From: Nitrospirota bacterium | GTDB lineage: Bacteria > Nitrospirota > UBA9217 | Assembly (NCBI GenBank): GCA_963845065.1 | Contig: CAWJQQ010000005.1 | Span: forward strand, 192,001 to 256,000 | DNA: 64,000 nucleotides | Direction of reading: 5' to 3' | Part shown: positions 1 through 9,325 of the stretch, in pieces | Layout: each line of letters starts with the position of its first letter | Numbering within the stretch: position 1 is the first letter of the stretch | The notes under the pieces: model-generated | The model's database searches: none | Told to the model about the DNA's origin: nothing | What the model saw: only the letters and a program-made list of their open reading frames with translations | Position numbers and translations under genes: made by a program

Positions 1-1700
1 ACTTTGTGTTCGAGCGAGGCAAAACGGTCAACTTGCTGTGACTGACGCTGGATATAGCCTTCGTACTTTACCCGGATTTCCACTTGCTCAGCGGCATCGC
101 TTTTAAGCGGCTCAACAGGGGAACTTATTTTTACAATGTCACGGTACTCGATTTCCGGTCTTTTCAAGAGTTGCTCGAGTGAAGTCTCACCTAAAAGCGC
201 TGATGATCCGCGTCCCGTAAGAATCGCATTTACTTCCGGTGTTTGTTTGACCCGGACTATCTTAAGCCTAAGGAGCTCACAATCAATATGTTCTTTCTTT
301 TCGCGGTATTGACGATACTGGCCATCTGATATAAGCCCGATATCTCGCCCCTTTTCACGGAGCCGGATATCGGCATTGTCTTCGCGCAGAAGGAGCCTGT
401 ACTCTGCCCTTGAGGTGAACATTCGATAGGGCTCGTTCGTTCCTCGTGTTACCAAGTCATCGATTAGCACTCCAATATATGCCTCAGAGCGTGAGAGAAT
501 GAACGGTTTCCGCTTCTGCATTTTCAGAGCAGCATTGATCCCTGCCACTAGGCCTTGGGCTGCTGCTTCTTCATATCCTGAAGTGCCGTTTATCTGTCCT
601 GCGAAGTAGAGGCCGGAGATCTTTTTTGTTTCGAGTGTGTGCTGAATCTGTGTAGGGGGTGCGAAGTCGTACTCAATGGCATAAGCAGGACGCATGATCT
701 CGACTTCTTCGAGTCCGGGGATCGAGCGATACAGGGCTGTCTGGACATCGTATGGCAGGCTCGTGGACACACCATTTGCATAATACTCCTCGGTGTCAAG
801 TCCCTCGGGCTCGAGAAATACCTGGTGACGCTCACGCTCAGAAAACCGCATCACCTTGTCTTCAATAGAAGGACAATATCTCGGTCCAACTCCTTTTATG
901 ACTCCGGCGTAAAGTGGGGATCGATTAAGATTATTACGTATTATTTGATGGGTTACACTATTCGTATACGTTAGATAACAGGGCACTTGTGGGAGGGGAT
1001 GAATTTTTTCAGAAAAAGAGAAAAAAGGGGCAGGATCATCTCCAGGTTGAAGAGTCATTTGTTTAAAATTAATACTTCTTCCATTTAACCTCGCTGGGGT
1101 TCCTGTCTTGAGCCTGCCGAGTTCGAACCCGAGCTCCCGAAGGTTGTCCGAAAGACCGTCTGAAGGAAATTCCCCTGCCCTGCCTGACGGATAATGAACG
1201 AGGCCGATATGAATGAGACCTTTTAAAAAAGTTCCTGTTGTAACGATAACAGCAGAGGCTAGATATTGAACGCCGATACTTGTTTCCACTCCGGTAATCG
1301 AATTGTCCTCCACGAAAGCCTTTTCAACAAGACCCTGTTTCACATCGAGACGCGGTTGTTTTTCTACCGATTCTTTCATTGCGAGTCGGTATCGTTGCTT
1401 GTCTGCTTGGGCTCTCGTGCCATGCACTGCCGGCCCTTTACTCCGGTTCAGTATCCGGAATTGGATGCCGGTGCGGTCGATGATCTTCGCCATGTCCCCG
1501 CCCAAGGCGTCGATTTCCTTCACGAGATGGCCTTTGGCCAAGCCGCCGATTGCAGGGTTGCAGGACATAAGGGCGATGTTATCCAGATTCATGGTGAGCA
1601 TGAGCGTGTCGCAACCCAAGCGCGCGGCAGCAAGTGCGGCTTCACAACCCGCGTGGCCTGCACCGATAACAATGATGTCGTATTTTTTTTTAGAATACAT
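1..1700 (-). CDS. mnmG: tRNA uridine-5-carboxymethylaminomethyl modification enzyme MnmG (GidA), 3' part runs off the window
   Basis: Manual minus-strand translation from ATG at 1700: MYSKKKYDIIVIGAGHAGCEAA (FAD-binding motif), later GQINGTSGYEEAAAQG and YRMFTSRAEYRLLLREDNAD; adjacent to mnmE. Confidence 0.95.
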   Translation of the reverse strand, partial: MYSKKKYDIIVIGAGHAGCEAALAAARLGCDTLMLTMNLDNIALMSCNPAIGGLAKGHLVKEIDALGGDMAKIIDRTGIQFRILNRSKGPAVHGTRAQADKQRYRLAMKESVEKQPRLDVKQGLVEKAFVEDNSITGVETSIGVQYLASAVIVTTGTFLKGLIHIGLVHYPSGRAGEFPSDGLSDNLRELGFELGRLKTGTPARLNGRSINFKQMTLQPGDDPAPFFSFSEKIHPLPQVPCYLTYTNSVTHQIIRNNLNRSPLYAGVIKGVGPRYCPSIEDKVMRFSERERHQVFLEPEGLDTEEYYANGVSTSLPYDVQTALYRSIPGLEEVEIMRPAYAIEYDFAPPTQIQHTLETKKISGLYFAGQINGTSGYEEAAAQGLVAGINAALKMQKRKPFILSRSEAYIGVLIDDLVTRGTNEPYRMFTSRAEYRLLLREDNADIRLREKGRDIGLISDGQYRQYREKKEHIDCELLRLKIVRVKQTPEVNAILTGRGSSALLGETSLEQLLKRPEIEYRDIVKISSPVEPLKSDAAEQVEIRVKYEGYIQRQSQQVDRFASLEHK

Positions 1701-1870
1701 CAATTAACCCCAAACTCTTTATCAAATTAAAACAGCTTTACTATGGAAAAAGGGGGGAAAAATGGAGAAAATAGAAAGAATGAAAACTGAACAAGTCATA
1801 TTCTCCATTTCTTCTCAAGTGACCCTAAAATCTGTGGCGATAATTCATATATTTTTTTCTTCTGCACCAT

Positions 1871-2450
1871 AAAACCGTCTCTTCAGGGCGGGGATATAAA
1901 TAAGGCGCTAGTACGAACCAATTAGAGAAATATTGTTTTAGTGTTAGGTTGACAATCGTACACCTACTTGATAATGTTCTACAATAGGGGAAAACCACAT
2001 CCTGTATTGTTCTTTGAATTCGAAAATATAGGGTTCCGGCAAAAAGGTTGCCTGGTAAAACTTTTGCTTGCTAAGAACTGATAATGGCAATGCTTTCAAA
2101 ATTTTGCTAAGTCACTCGTTCGCGATGCAATTGCTCGACGCAAATCTCTACATCCAACGTAGAGAACCGTAATGAACTATTGATAGGGCAAAACCGTGGC
2201 GCCATTACAAATGTTAAATCTGCAATGAAGTATCTCATGGAGCAAATAGATGACCTTTGGGGTCGTGGCCGTTTGGCACAGCTCTCGGTCCACCCGGTTC
2301 ACCTAGTGGAATACCAGGACAGCAACATCTGCATGAATCGGGAGCGCGGCAAACATCTTTATCGCATGCGAAAACAGAATCAGCATTAGCTCTCAATAGT
2401 AATAGAGCTTGCTTTGGAAATCCTCGGCATTAGGCTGGGGAGGATGTCAA
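1871..2450 (+). mobile_element. Non-autonomous/degenerate IS200/IS605-family element (ends retained, no intact tnpA/tnpB)
   Basis: Left-end-like hairpin AAAACCGTCTCTTCAGGGCGGGGATATAA at 1871 and right-end-like GGAAATCCTCGGCATTAGGCTGGGGAGGATGTCAA ending at 2450, resembling typical IS605-group ends; no long ORF between. Confidence 0.6.
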
Positions 2451-2451
2451 A

Positions 2452-3828
2452 TTACTTGCCAATACAGAAATCATTAAAGATCCGCTCGAGAATATCGTCC
2501 GTATATATCGCGCCGATGATTAGTCCCAGGTGATCCATGGCATCACGCAGATCCAAGGCAATGAACTCCGGAGAAAGGTTGGCCTGGATCGACGCCATGG
2601 TTTTTTCCAAGCTTGCATTGGTCTGCTCTAGCGCAGTTTTGTGCCGCTGGTTCACTGCCCAGGAATGCTCCTTTGGTGCGACCACCCCGCTCTGTACCAT
2701 GTTAGCTATCGCTGTCCTGAGGTTATCTAGGCAATCTTTTGTGCGGCAGGATATGGTTATTTGTATCGCCGGCCAGTCAAGTTTGCCGAGTTGCCTCGGT
2801 AAATCGGATTTGTTGATTACTGCGATGGCATTCTTTCCGCGTATTTCCTCGATCACCCGCTTATCTTCGGGCATGAGAGACTGCGATCCATCAAGAACAA
2901 CGATTATCAAATCAGCAGATTCGATGGCCGCGAGGCTTCTACGCACTCCTTCCTGCTCGACCACATCATGGGAATGCCTGATGCCTGCAGTGTCGAGGAT
3001 CCTGAGCGGAACGCCCAAGACGTTAACGTATTCTTCGAGCACATCACGGGTGGTACCTGGAAATTCGGTCACAATAGCCCGTTCTTGCCTGAGAAGAGCG
3101 TTCAACAAAGAAGACTTGCCGACGTTCGGCTTGCCAACGATAGCTGTAGCAAACCCTTCACGAAAAATCTTCCCATAGGTGAAGCCTGAGAGAAGATCGC
3201 TTACCTGTGCACGAAGGTGGGTAACTTCTTGCTTAGTTGATTTGCCGATCCCGGTTTCAATGTCTTCTTCCGGGAAATCGATGCTCGCTTCAACCGATGC
3301 GAGCAGCGATACAAGCCTGTCGCGTAACTTTGCGATTTCCTCAGAAAGGCCACCGAGGAGTTGCTCATTTGCGGCACGAAGGGCAACATCTGTTTTGGAG
3401 TTTATAATGTCCATCACTGCTTCTGCTTGGGCAAGGTCGATTCTGCCGTTCAGGAAGGCGCGCTTTGTAAATTCTCCCGGCTCTGCCAGTCTTGCCCCGG
3501 TTGCAATGAGGAGCGCCAAGGTCCGAGTGAGAGGCATCATGCCGCCGTGACAGTTTATCTCTACTATATCCTCGCGCGTGTACGTTGCCGGCGCGCGCAT
3601 TATCGATACAAGCGACTCATCAATGATTTGTCCGGTCAACGGGTCCATGATATGTCCGTATTGCAGAGTATGCGTGGCAGCGGACCGGAGAAGTTTCTTT
3701 TTTTTCGGCCTGAAGACGTTCGTTACGATGCTAATCGCGTCCCGACCGCTGAGACGGATAATGCCGATCCCTCCTTGTCCCGGCGCCGTTGAAACTGCGC
3801 AAATTGTGTCCTGCTCGTCCATAGGCAT
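2452..3828 (-). CDS. mnmE: tRNA modification GTPase MnmE (TrmE)
   Basis: DTICAVSTAPGQGGIGIIRLSG, GKPNVGKSS, GTTRD, DTAG, NKSD, C-terminal FCIGK. Confidence 0.97.
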   Translation of the reverse strand: MPMDEQDTICAVSTAPGQGGIGIIRLSGRDAISIVTNVFRPKKKKLLRSAATHTLQYGHIMDPLTGQIIDESLVSIMRAPATYTREDIVEINCHGGMMPLTRTLALLIATGARLAEPGEFTKRAFLNGRIDLAQAEAVMDIINSKTDVALRAANEQLLGGLSEEIAKLRDRLVSLLASVEASIDFPEEDIETGIGKSTKQEVTHLRAQVSDLLSGFTYGKIFREGFATAIVGKPNVGKSSLLNALLRQERAIVTEFPGTTRDVLEEYVNVLGVPLRILDTAGIRHSHDVVEQEGVRRSLAAIESADLIIVVLDGSQSLMPEDKRVIEEIRGKNAIAVINKSDLPRQLGKLDWPAIQITISCRTKDCLDNLRTAIANMVQSGVVAPKEHSWAVNQRHKTALEQTNASLEKTMASIQANLSPEFIALDLRDAMDHLGLIIGAIYTDDILERIFNDFCIGK

Positions 3829-3968
3829 ATATTACCATAAAGCAGACAGAGTAAAAAACACCTTTTTCAAAAGTTCTTCCTCAATTTATGACAGTCAAGC
3901 AAGAGAAAAAAATAGCGTTCAAACAATGCATGTTTTATGATAGAATATTTATATTGTCGGGTCCGCTC

Positions 3969-4214
3969 ATGAAAACCAAAGATTTAAAAAAAATTGTAGA
4001 CAAGTATTCTCCTGATCAGCTCGAGACCTGCATTCGGCAACAACTCGACAAAGGCGAGAACGCCTGCGAAATCGTGGACGAGTCCGATGAAGTAATCGCG
4101 TCCTTAAGTAAAGCTGAGGTCGTTCGTGAGCTCATGGACCAGGGAAAGACATTTTCCGACGCTCTTCGGGAGCTTGGGAAAAGGATCCGAGCTGTGTACG
4201 GGAAGGAAGAGTAA
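3969..4214 (+). CDS. Small hypothetical protein (81 aa)
   Basis: Helical, protein-like ORF MKTKDLKKIVDKYSPDQLETCIRQQL...; start chosen at ATG 3969. Confidence 0.6.
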   Translation: MKTKDLKKIVDKYSPDQLETCIRQQLDKGENACEIVDESDEVIASLSKAEVVRELMDQGKTFSDALRELGKRIRAVYGKEE

Positions 4215-4461
4215 AGAAACCCGGTGAGAACATCTATGGCCAAAAGCGAGGAGAATTTGCCAGCCGCACTAAAAAAAGTTGGGTAACCATATTGCACCAG
4301 GTGATAACGGCAGGAACATTTATTTATTTCTCGTTCGGCCTTAAAAGATCAATACTATGTTGTAGCAAGCATTGTTTTTTTTTAAGAGTCCGATCAGAAT
4401 AAATATTAGATCAGGCAGGAGGTTCTCACTCAGCGATTACAGCATCCTCTGAAGTGAAAAA

Positions 4462-6054
4462 ATGATGAATAACAAATCTCTTTGGGAACGATACAAAAAA
4501 AATTACTGCAATGTCCCCTCCGCTGGCTTGTCGCTTGACATCAGTCGAATGAACTTTACCGATGACTTTTTTACAAGAATGGAGCCAGAAATCCAGAAGG
4601 CCTTCATAGCCATGGACGCGCTTGAATCAGGCGCTATTGCCAATCCAGATGAGAACCGAATGGTAGGGCACTACTGGCTCAGGGCAGCCGAGCGAGCACC
4701 TTCGGTTGAAATCCGTAATCAGATCCAAGGTACGCTTCAGTCCATCAAGGATTTTACGTTTGCGATCCATGCAGGCAAGATCTATCCTCGCAAGCGAGCT
4801 CGTTTCACTCATTTTCTGAGTATCGGAATCGGAGGCTCAGCCTTGGGGCCGCAGCTCATCGCTGATGCACTTGGTTCTTCAAAAGATAAGATGAAGGCAC
4901 ATTTTCTGGACAATACCGATCCAGACGGGATCGACCGAATGCTTGCGGAAATCGGAAACGATCTTGTAGATACCCTCACAATAGTCATCTCAAAAAGCGG
5001 GGGGACTGTAGAGACCCGGAACGGTATGCTCGAAGTTGCCGCAGCTTATAAAAAAGCGAATTTGTCATTTGAGAGGCATGCAGTCGCAATTACGGGAGTG
5101 GGAAGTAAGCTTGATGACATTGCGAAAAAGAACAGTTGGTTGGCGACATTTCCGATGTGGGATTGGGTAGGTGGGAGAACTTCCATAACTTCTGCAGTCG
5201 GTCTCATTCCCATGGCGCTACAGGGAATTAATGTACAGGATTTTCTTAAAGGGGCGGCACTTTGCGATGAAATTACGAGGAAAAAAGAGCTGATATCAAA
5301 TCCTGCGGCACTTCTGGCTCTTTCATGGTATCATGCAACAAATGGATGTGGGTCCAAGGACATGGTTATCCTTCCTTATAGAGACCGTCTGATACTGTTC
5401 CCAAAATACCTCCAGCAGCTTGTTATGGAATCCCTTGGAAAAGAGAAAGATCTAAACAGCAAGATTGTCAACCAGGGTATCGCCGTATACGGCAACAAGG
5501 GGACAACGGACCAACATGCTTATGTACAGCAGCTCCGCGAAGGGGTGAATAACTTCTTTGTAACATTCATCGAAGTGCTCCAGGACCGAGAGATCCCTTC
5601 TATGGACATCGAGCCTAGAGTCACGAGCGGGGATTATTTAAGCGCCTATCTTCAGGGAACGCGAAATGCCCTGTATGAAAATAAGCGGGAGTCTATTACG
5701 ATCACGGTTGATAAGCTCAACGCACAGTCGATCGGGACGCTTATAGCCCTGTACGAACGGGCTGTAGGTTTTTATGCTACTCTTGTGAACATCAACGCCT
5801 ACCACCAGCCCGGAGTAGAGGCTGGAAAGAGAATGGCCAGCACGATCATCAAACTACAGAATGATGTGATGGATTTTATGAGGAAGAACAAGGGAATGAC
5901 ATTTTCAATAGAATCAGTTGCTAAGGGAGTCAATGCAGAAGAAAACAGTGAATCAATATTCAAGATCCTTGAACATGCTAGTGCAAACAGTGATCACCGT
6001 ATTAAGAAGAATCTGGGGAAGGGTGCATTTGACGTACGGTATGAGGCAATCTGA
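4462..6054 (+). CDS. pgi: Glucose-6-phosphate isomerase
   Basis: [49 protein letters not shown]. Confidence 0.96.
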   Translation: MMNNKSLWERYKKNYCNVPSAGLSLDISRMNFTDDFFTRMEPEIQKAFIAMDALESGAIANPDENRMVGHYWLRAAERAPSVEIRNQIQGTLQSIKDFTFAIHAGKIYPRKRARFTHFLSIGIGGSALGPQLIADALGSSKDKMKAHFLDNTDPDGIDRMLAEIGNDLVDTLTIVISKSGGTVETRNGMLEVAAAYKKANLSFERHAVAITGVGSKLDDIAKKNSWLATFPMWDWVGGRTSITSAVGLIPMALQGINVQDFLKGAALCDEITRKKELISNPAALLALSWYHATNGCGSKDMVILPYRDRLILFPKYLQQLVMESLGKEKDLNSKIVNQGIAVYGNKGTTDQHAYVQQLREGVNNFFVTFIEVLQDREIPSMDIEPRVTSGDYLSAYLQGTRNALYENKRESITITVDKLNAQSIGTLIALYERAVGFYATLVNINAYHQPGVEAGKRMASTIIKLQNDVMDFMRKNKGMTFSIESVAKGVNAEENSESIFKILEHASANSDHRIKKNLGKGAFDVRYEAI

Positions 6055-6096
6055 TTGTTCACATCGAAATATTTAATTGAATCTGAAGCGAATAAT

Positions 6097-7263
6097 TCAA
6101 CAACGAGTAAAATGCGCAATATGATCGAAGGCCTGAAACAAAACTGAAATCTCCTCTTCAGTATTGTAAAAATGTGGTGAAATGCGGAGGCCACCTCCGC
6201 GATTGTTGACCATGATATGCCTCTCCCGCAAAGTATCGCGTACCTTCAAGGGATCAAACCTGCCTGCAATCGTGATATTCCCTCCACGCTTCTTTCGTTC
6301 TTTCGGAGATAGTATTGAAAAGTCTCTCTGCTCTGCTTCTCGGATGATCAGATCCCCCAAGCTGAGCACTCGTTCTTCCACCAGCGCTATTCCGGCCTCG
6401 AAAAGAAGACCAAGCGTGGCGCAGAGCCCGAAAATGCCCACCAAATTCATTGAGCCTTCTTCGAATCGTGAAACATCTGACTTGAGGGAGAAGTCTGGAT
6501 GATCAAAATCAAACTCATTTTTCACAGACTTCCACCCGATGAGCGGCGGGCTAAGTTTTTCGGCGAGTTCCCTCTTGCAGTAAAAAAAACCGATGCCTTC
6601 AGGGCCGAGAAGCCACTTGTGGGCATCAGCCGATAGAAAATCAATGTTAAATTCTTTGACATCCATCGGGACAATCCCCAGGCTTTGGATTGCATCAACA
6701 CAGAAAAGAACTTTTTTATTCTGGCAGAGATTTCCGATTTCCTTAAGATCGATCCTGAAACCATTTGCGAATTGCACCGAGCTTACGGCAAGTAATCGCG
6801 TTTTTGCATCCATCAATCCGTCGATATCGCTCGTAACGACCCTGCCGTCGCGTGAAGGAATGACTTTTATTATAACACCCCTCCGTTGAAGATTCAGCCA
6901 GGGGTAAATATTGGAGGGAAATTCTTTTTCATATATAAGCACATTGTCGCCCGACTTCCAGTCTAGCCCCGAGGCAACGAGTGAAAGACCGTGAGATGTG
7001 CTTCTTACAAAGGCAATCTCATCAGGCCTTGCGTTGATAAGTCTTGCACAAGACTGCCTAGTTTCAACGATCTGCTGCACCCATTTCGAGTAATGAAACG
7101 CTCCGCCTTGTGTGGCTTCGGAGAGGAATGTCTCGATTGCAGACTTCACACGTAACGACAAGGGCGAAACCCCGGCATGGTCAAGGTATATATATTTTTG
7201 TGTGATAGGAAACTCACGTCGATAGGATTCGAACGATTTTGCATTCATGGATTTTATCTCCAT
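6097..7263 (-). CDS. Class V PLP-dependent aminotransferase (cysteine desulfurase/lyase-like)
   Basis: IYLDHAG, VDAIQSLG, ADAHKWLLGPEG (PLP lysine), RISPHFYN; lacks the persulfide Cys loop of IscS/SufS. Confidence 0.85.
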   Translation of the reverse strand: MEIKSMNAKSFESYRREFPITQKYIYLDHAGVSPLSLRVKSAIETFLSEATQGGAFHYSKWVQQIVETRQSCARLINARPDEIAFVRSTSHGLSLVASGLDWKSGDNVLIYEKEFPSNIYPWLNLQRRGVIIKVIPSRDGRVVTSDIDGLMDAKTRLLAVSSVQFANGFRIDLKEIGNLCQNKKVLFCVDAIQSLGIVPMDVKEFNIDFLSADAHKWLLGPEGIGFFYCKRELAEKLSPPLIGWKSVKNEFDFDHPDFSLKSDVSRFEEGSMNLVGIFGLCATLGLLFEAGIALVEERVLSLGDLIIREAEQRDFSILSPKERKKRGGNITIAGRFDPLKVRDTLRERHIMVNNRGGGLRISPHFYNTEEEISVLFQAFDHIAHFTRC

Positions 7264-7278
7264 CGTTCCTGAAGGACG

Positions 7279-7608
7279 CTAAAGAAAATCATGTATTTTG
7301 GCTTTCTTACTGATATAGCGTTCCTTCTCCATTCGGGAGAGAGACTTTATTGTGCATTCTTTCTTCAGTGCGCTCGATTTATTCTGGCATCGCTCGTGAT
7401 AGATCAGCTTCACCGGTCGCCGACTTCGCGTGTAGCGCGAGGCACTGCCGTCATTGTGTTTGTCGAGCCGACGTTGCAAGTCATTCGTGATGCCGGTATA
7501 AAAGGTATTGTCGCAGCATTTCAGGATGTAAAGAAACCAGCGGTCCGTGTTATTGCCTTTTGTTTTTAATGAAGTTATTAGTAATCTCCTGAAATTATCC
7601 GCATGCAT
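7279..7608 (-). CDS. GIY-YIG nuclease family protein (YhbQ/UPF0213-like)
   Basis: FLYILKCCDNTFYTGITNDLQRRLDKHNDGSASRYTRSRRPV...ALKKE. Confidence 0.88.
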   Translation of the reverse strand: MHADNFRRLLITSLKTKGNNTDRWFLYILKCCDNTFYTGITNDLQRRLDKHNDGSASRYTRSRRPVKLIYHERCQNKSSALKKECTIKSLSRMEKERYISKKAKIHDFL

Positions 7609-7763
7609 GGTGGAGTAAGCATGCTTGTCGTAACGTTAAATTTCCAGTTGGGTAGTAATTATTTAGTTCTTTAAATAAATGCTAATACTTTGCACCGGCC
7701 GATGTAAGCAACAGGAATTACAATTCACCATTTTAGCTTTAGTTATTTTTTGTCTCTATATCT

Positions 7764-8012
7764 TCAGCACATATTAGCTTTTTGCTTTCTACCCACAATG
7801 AAATAAAGAGGCACTGCAAGAGGGGGCATAAACATGATAAAAATAAACCAGATCATTTTGTCGGTGTTATTTTTAAATTCACTACGTAGTATATCGACAA
7901 CTACATATAACCAAGCTACAAACAATGCAAGAAAAAAAAAGATGCAAACTCCAGATACGGCAGCAAAAATAGCAGTTAAATGCTGGAGAGCAATGGAAGA
8001 AGCAATATCGCT
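7764..8012 (-). CDS. Small membrane protein, PLDc N-terminal domain-like
   Basis: DILRSEFKNNTDKMIWFIFIMFMPPLAVPLYFIVGR pattern with hydrophobic helices; start uncertain. Confidence 0.7.
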   Translation of the reverse strand, partial: SDIASSIALQHLTAIFAAVSGVCIFFFLALFVAWLYVVVDILRSEFKNNTDKMIWFIFIMFMPPLAVPLYFIVGRKQKANMC

Positions 8013-8165
8013 CATGAACAGTCTCCTTAAACCTGATGACTCAGGATAATATTCTGGCAAAAAAAGGAAGAAAGAATTGCTCTAGTTTCTAAATTATAGT
8101 AGAATTTTTCATGGAGATAAAGAATAAAATGAAGACAAATTTAATGTGGGAACATCTATCGTATA

Positions 8166-8930
8166 TTGCGCCGGAGAAGCTTAAACTCGGATTCTATGCG
8201 TAAAGACACAGCCGATAGTCAATTGAATCTCATTTATGGTAGCAGCCTGAGCTTGCTCAAGCTCTATCTTGAAGAACACTTGGGCAGGTCTCTTATTCTC
8301 GTGCTAACTGAAAATTCAACGACAATGCTTTCGGTAAGGGTGCATGACCACATGCTGCATGTCCGGCTACACCGGATGTTTTTGAACGCAGACAAGCATG
8401 TGCTTGACGAGATTGTCTCATATCTCAAAAAAAGAAAATCCGCTATGCCGCTTTTCAGGAGTTATCTGCGAGAGAATAAAACACGGATCATAATAAGACC
8501 GCCTAAAAAAATCCCAATAAAAACAGCGGGGACATACCACGACCTTCGTGATTTGTATGATTCCGTCAATAAAGAATATTTTGGTGGTTTGATCAAGGTC
8601 ACAATCACATGGGGATCGAAAAGTCCCCGCTCCTCCGTAAAAAGAAGGACCCTCGGGAGCTACAATGAAAAGTCGGATATCATCAGGATCAATCCAGTGC
8701 TCGACCGGAAAACCGTCCCAAGTTTCTTTGTTGCTTTTATAGTCTACCACGAAATGCTTCATGCGTCACTGGGTACGCCCTTCATGGGAGTACGAAGAAT
8801 CGTTCACTCACAGGAATTCAAAAGACGAGAAAAGCTCTTTAGCAGGTACACGGATGCTATAGCTTGGGCAGTGAGCTTTAATTTTACTATTGGTCATCTT
8901 GGTCTGGATGATCGGGGAGGAGGATCGTGA
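8166..8930 (+). CDS. SprT-like/M48-type zinc metalloprotease
   Basis: VNKEYFGG...ITWG...LGSY...IRINPVLD...VYHEMLH (HExxH). Confidence 0.8.
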   Translation: MRRRSLNSDSMRKDTADSQLNLIYGSSLSLLKLYLEEHLGRSLILVLTENSTTMLSVRVHDHMLHVRLHRMFLNADKHVLDEIVSYLKKRKSAMPLFRSYLRENKTRIIIRPPKKIPIKTAGTYHDLRDLYDSVNKEYFGGLIKVTITWGSKSPRSSVKRRTLGSYNEKSDIIRINPVLDRKTVPSFFVAFIVYHEMLHASLGTPFMGVRRIVHSQEFKRREKLFSRYTDAIAWAVSFNFTIGHLGLDDRGGGS

Positions 8931-9325
8931 AAAGTTACAGATCATGTGTCATACAGTCGAATAGAGCATGATCGTGTATAGTAGGGGCCACCAGTTCAGA
9001 GATGACGAACGCGGGGATTAGAAGGACATGAAGTTTTGACCCTCTTCCGCGTTTCTTACCATCGTCGAATTGCAGCCGAAGTTCTGGAGCGACATTGAAG
9101 TCTAGATCGCACACTCCGTTGGTCGTTCTCAATGATGGGAGCAAATCGCCTGTTTCTGAAGATGGCCGTGGAACGCCCTAACGGCTCTGCCAGCATGCCT
9201 GCTTTATTGAGAGCAACACAGTGCACGTTGAATATAGCAGAGACCTGTTATCTTCCGAGAGAACAAAATGCTGTTGTACCATGTTGTTGCAATTATCTAC
9301 CCGGCCATGCTATAGTAAAAAAATC

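Noticed and set aside
590..1730. Listed ORFs at 590-1730 and the many antisense ORFs over mfd, MCP, che and flg genes
   Set aside because: Shadow frames of well-supported genes (e.g. mnmG on the minus strand).
2180..2389. c-di-GMP-I riboswitch (GGGCAAAACC) or real small ORF
   Set aside because: Remaining riboswitch consensus is missing, and the ORF has no recognisable features; it lies within the IS-like relic.
6097..7263. iscS/sufS gene call
   Set aside because: The catalytic Cys loop is absent; left as a class V PLP enzyme.
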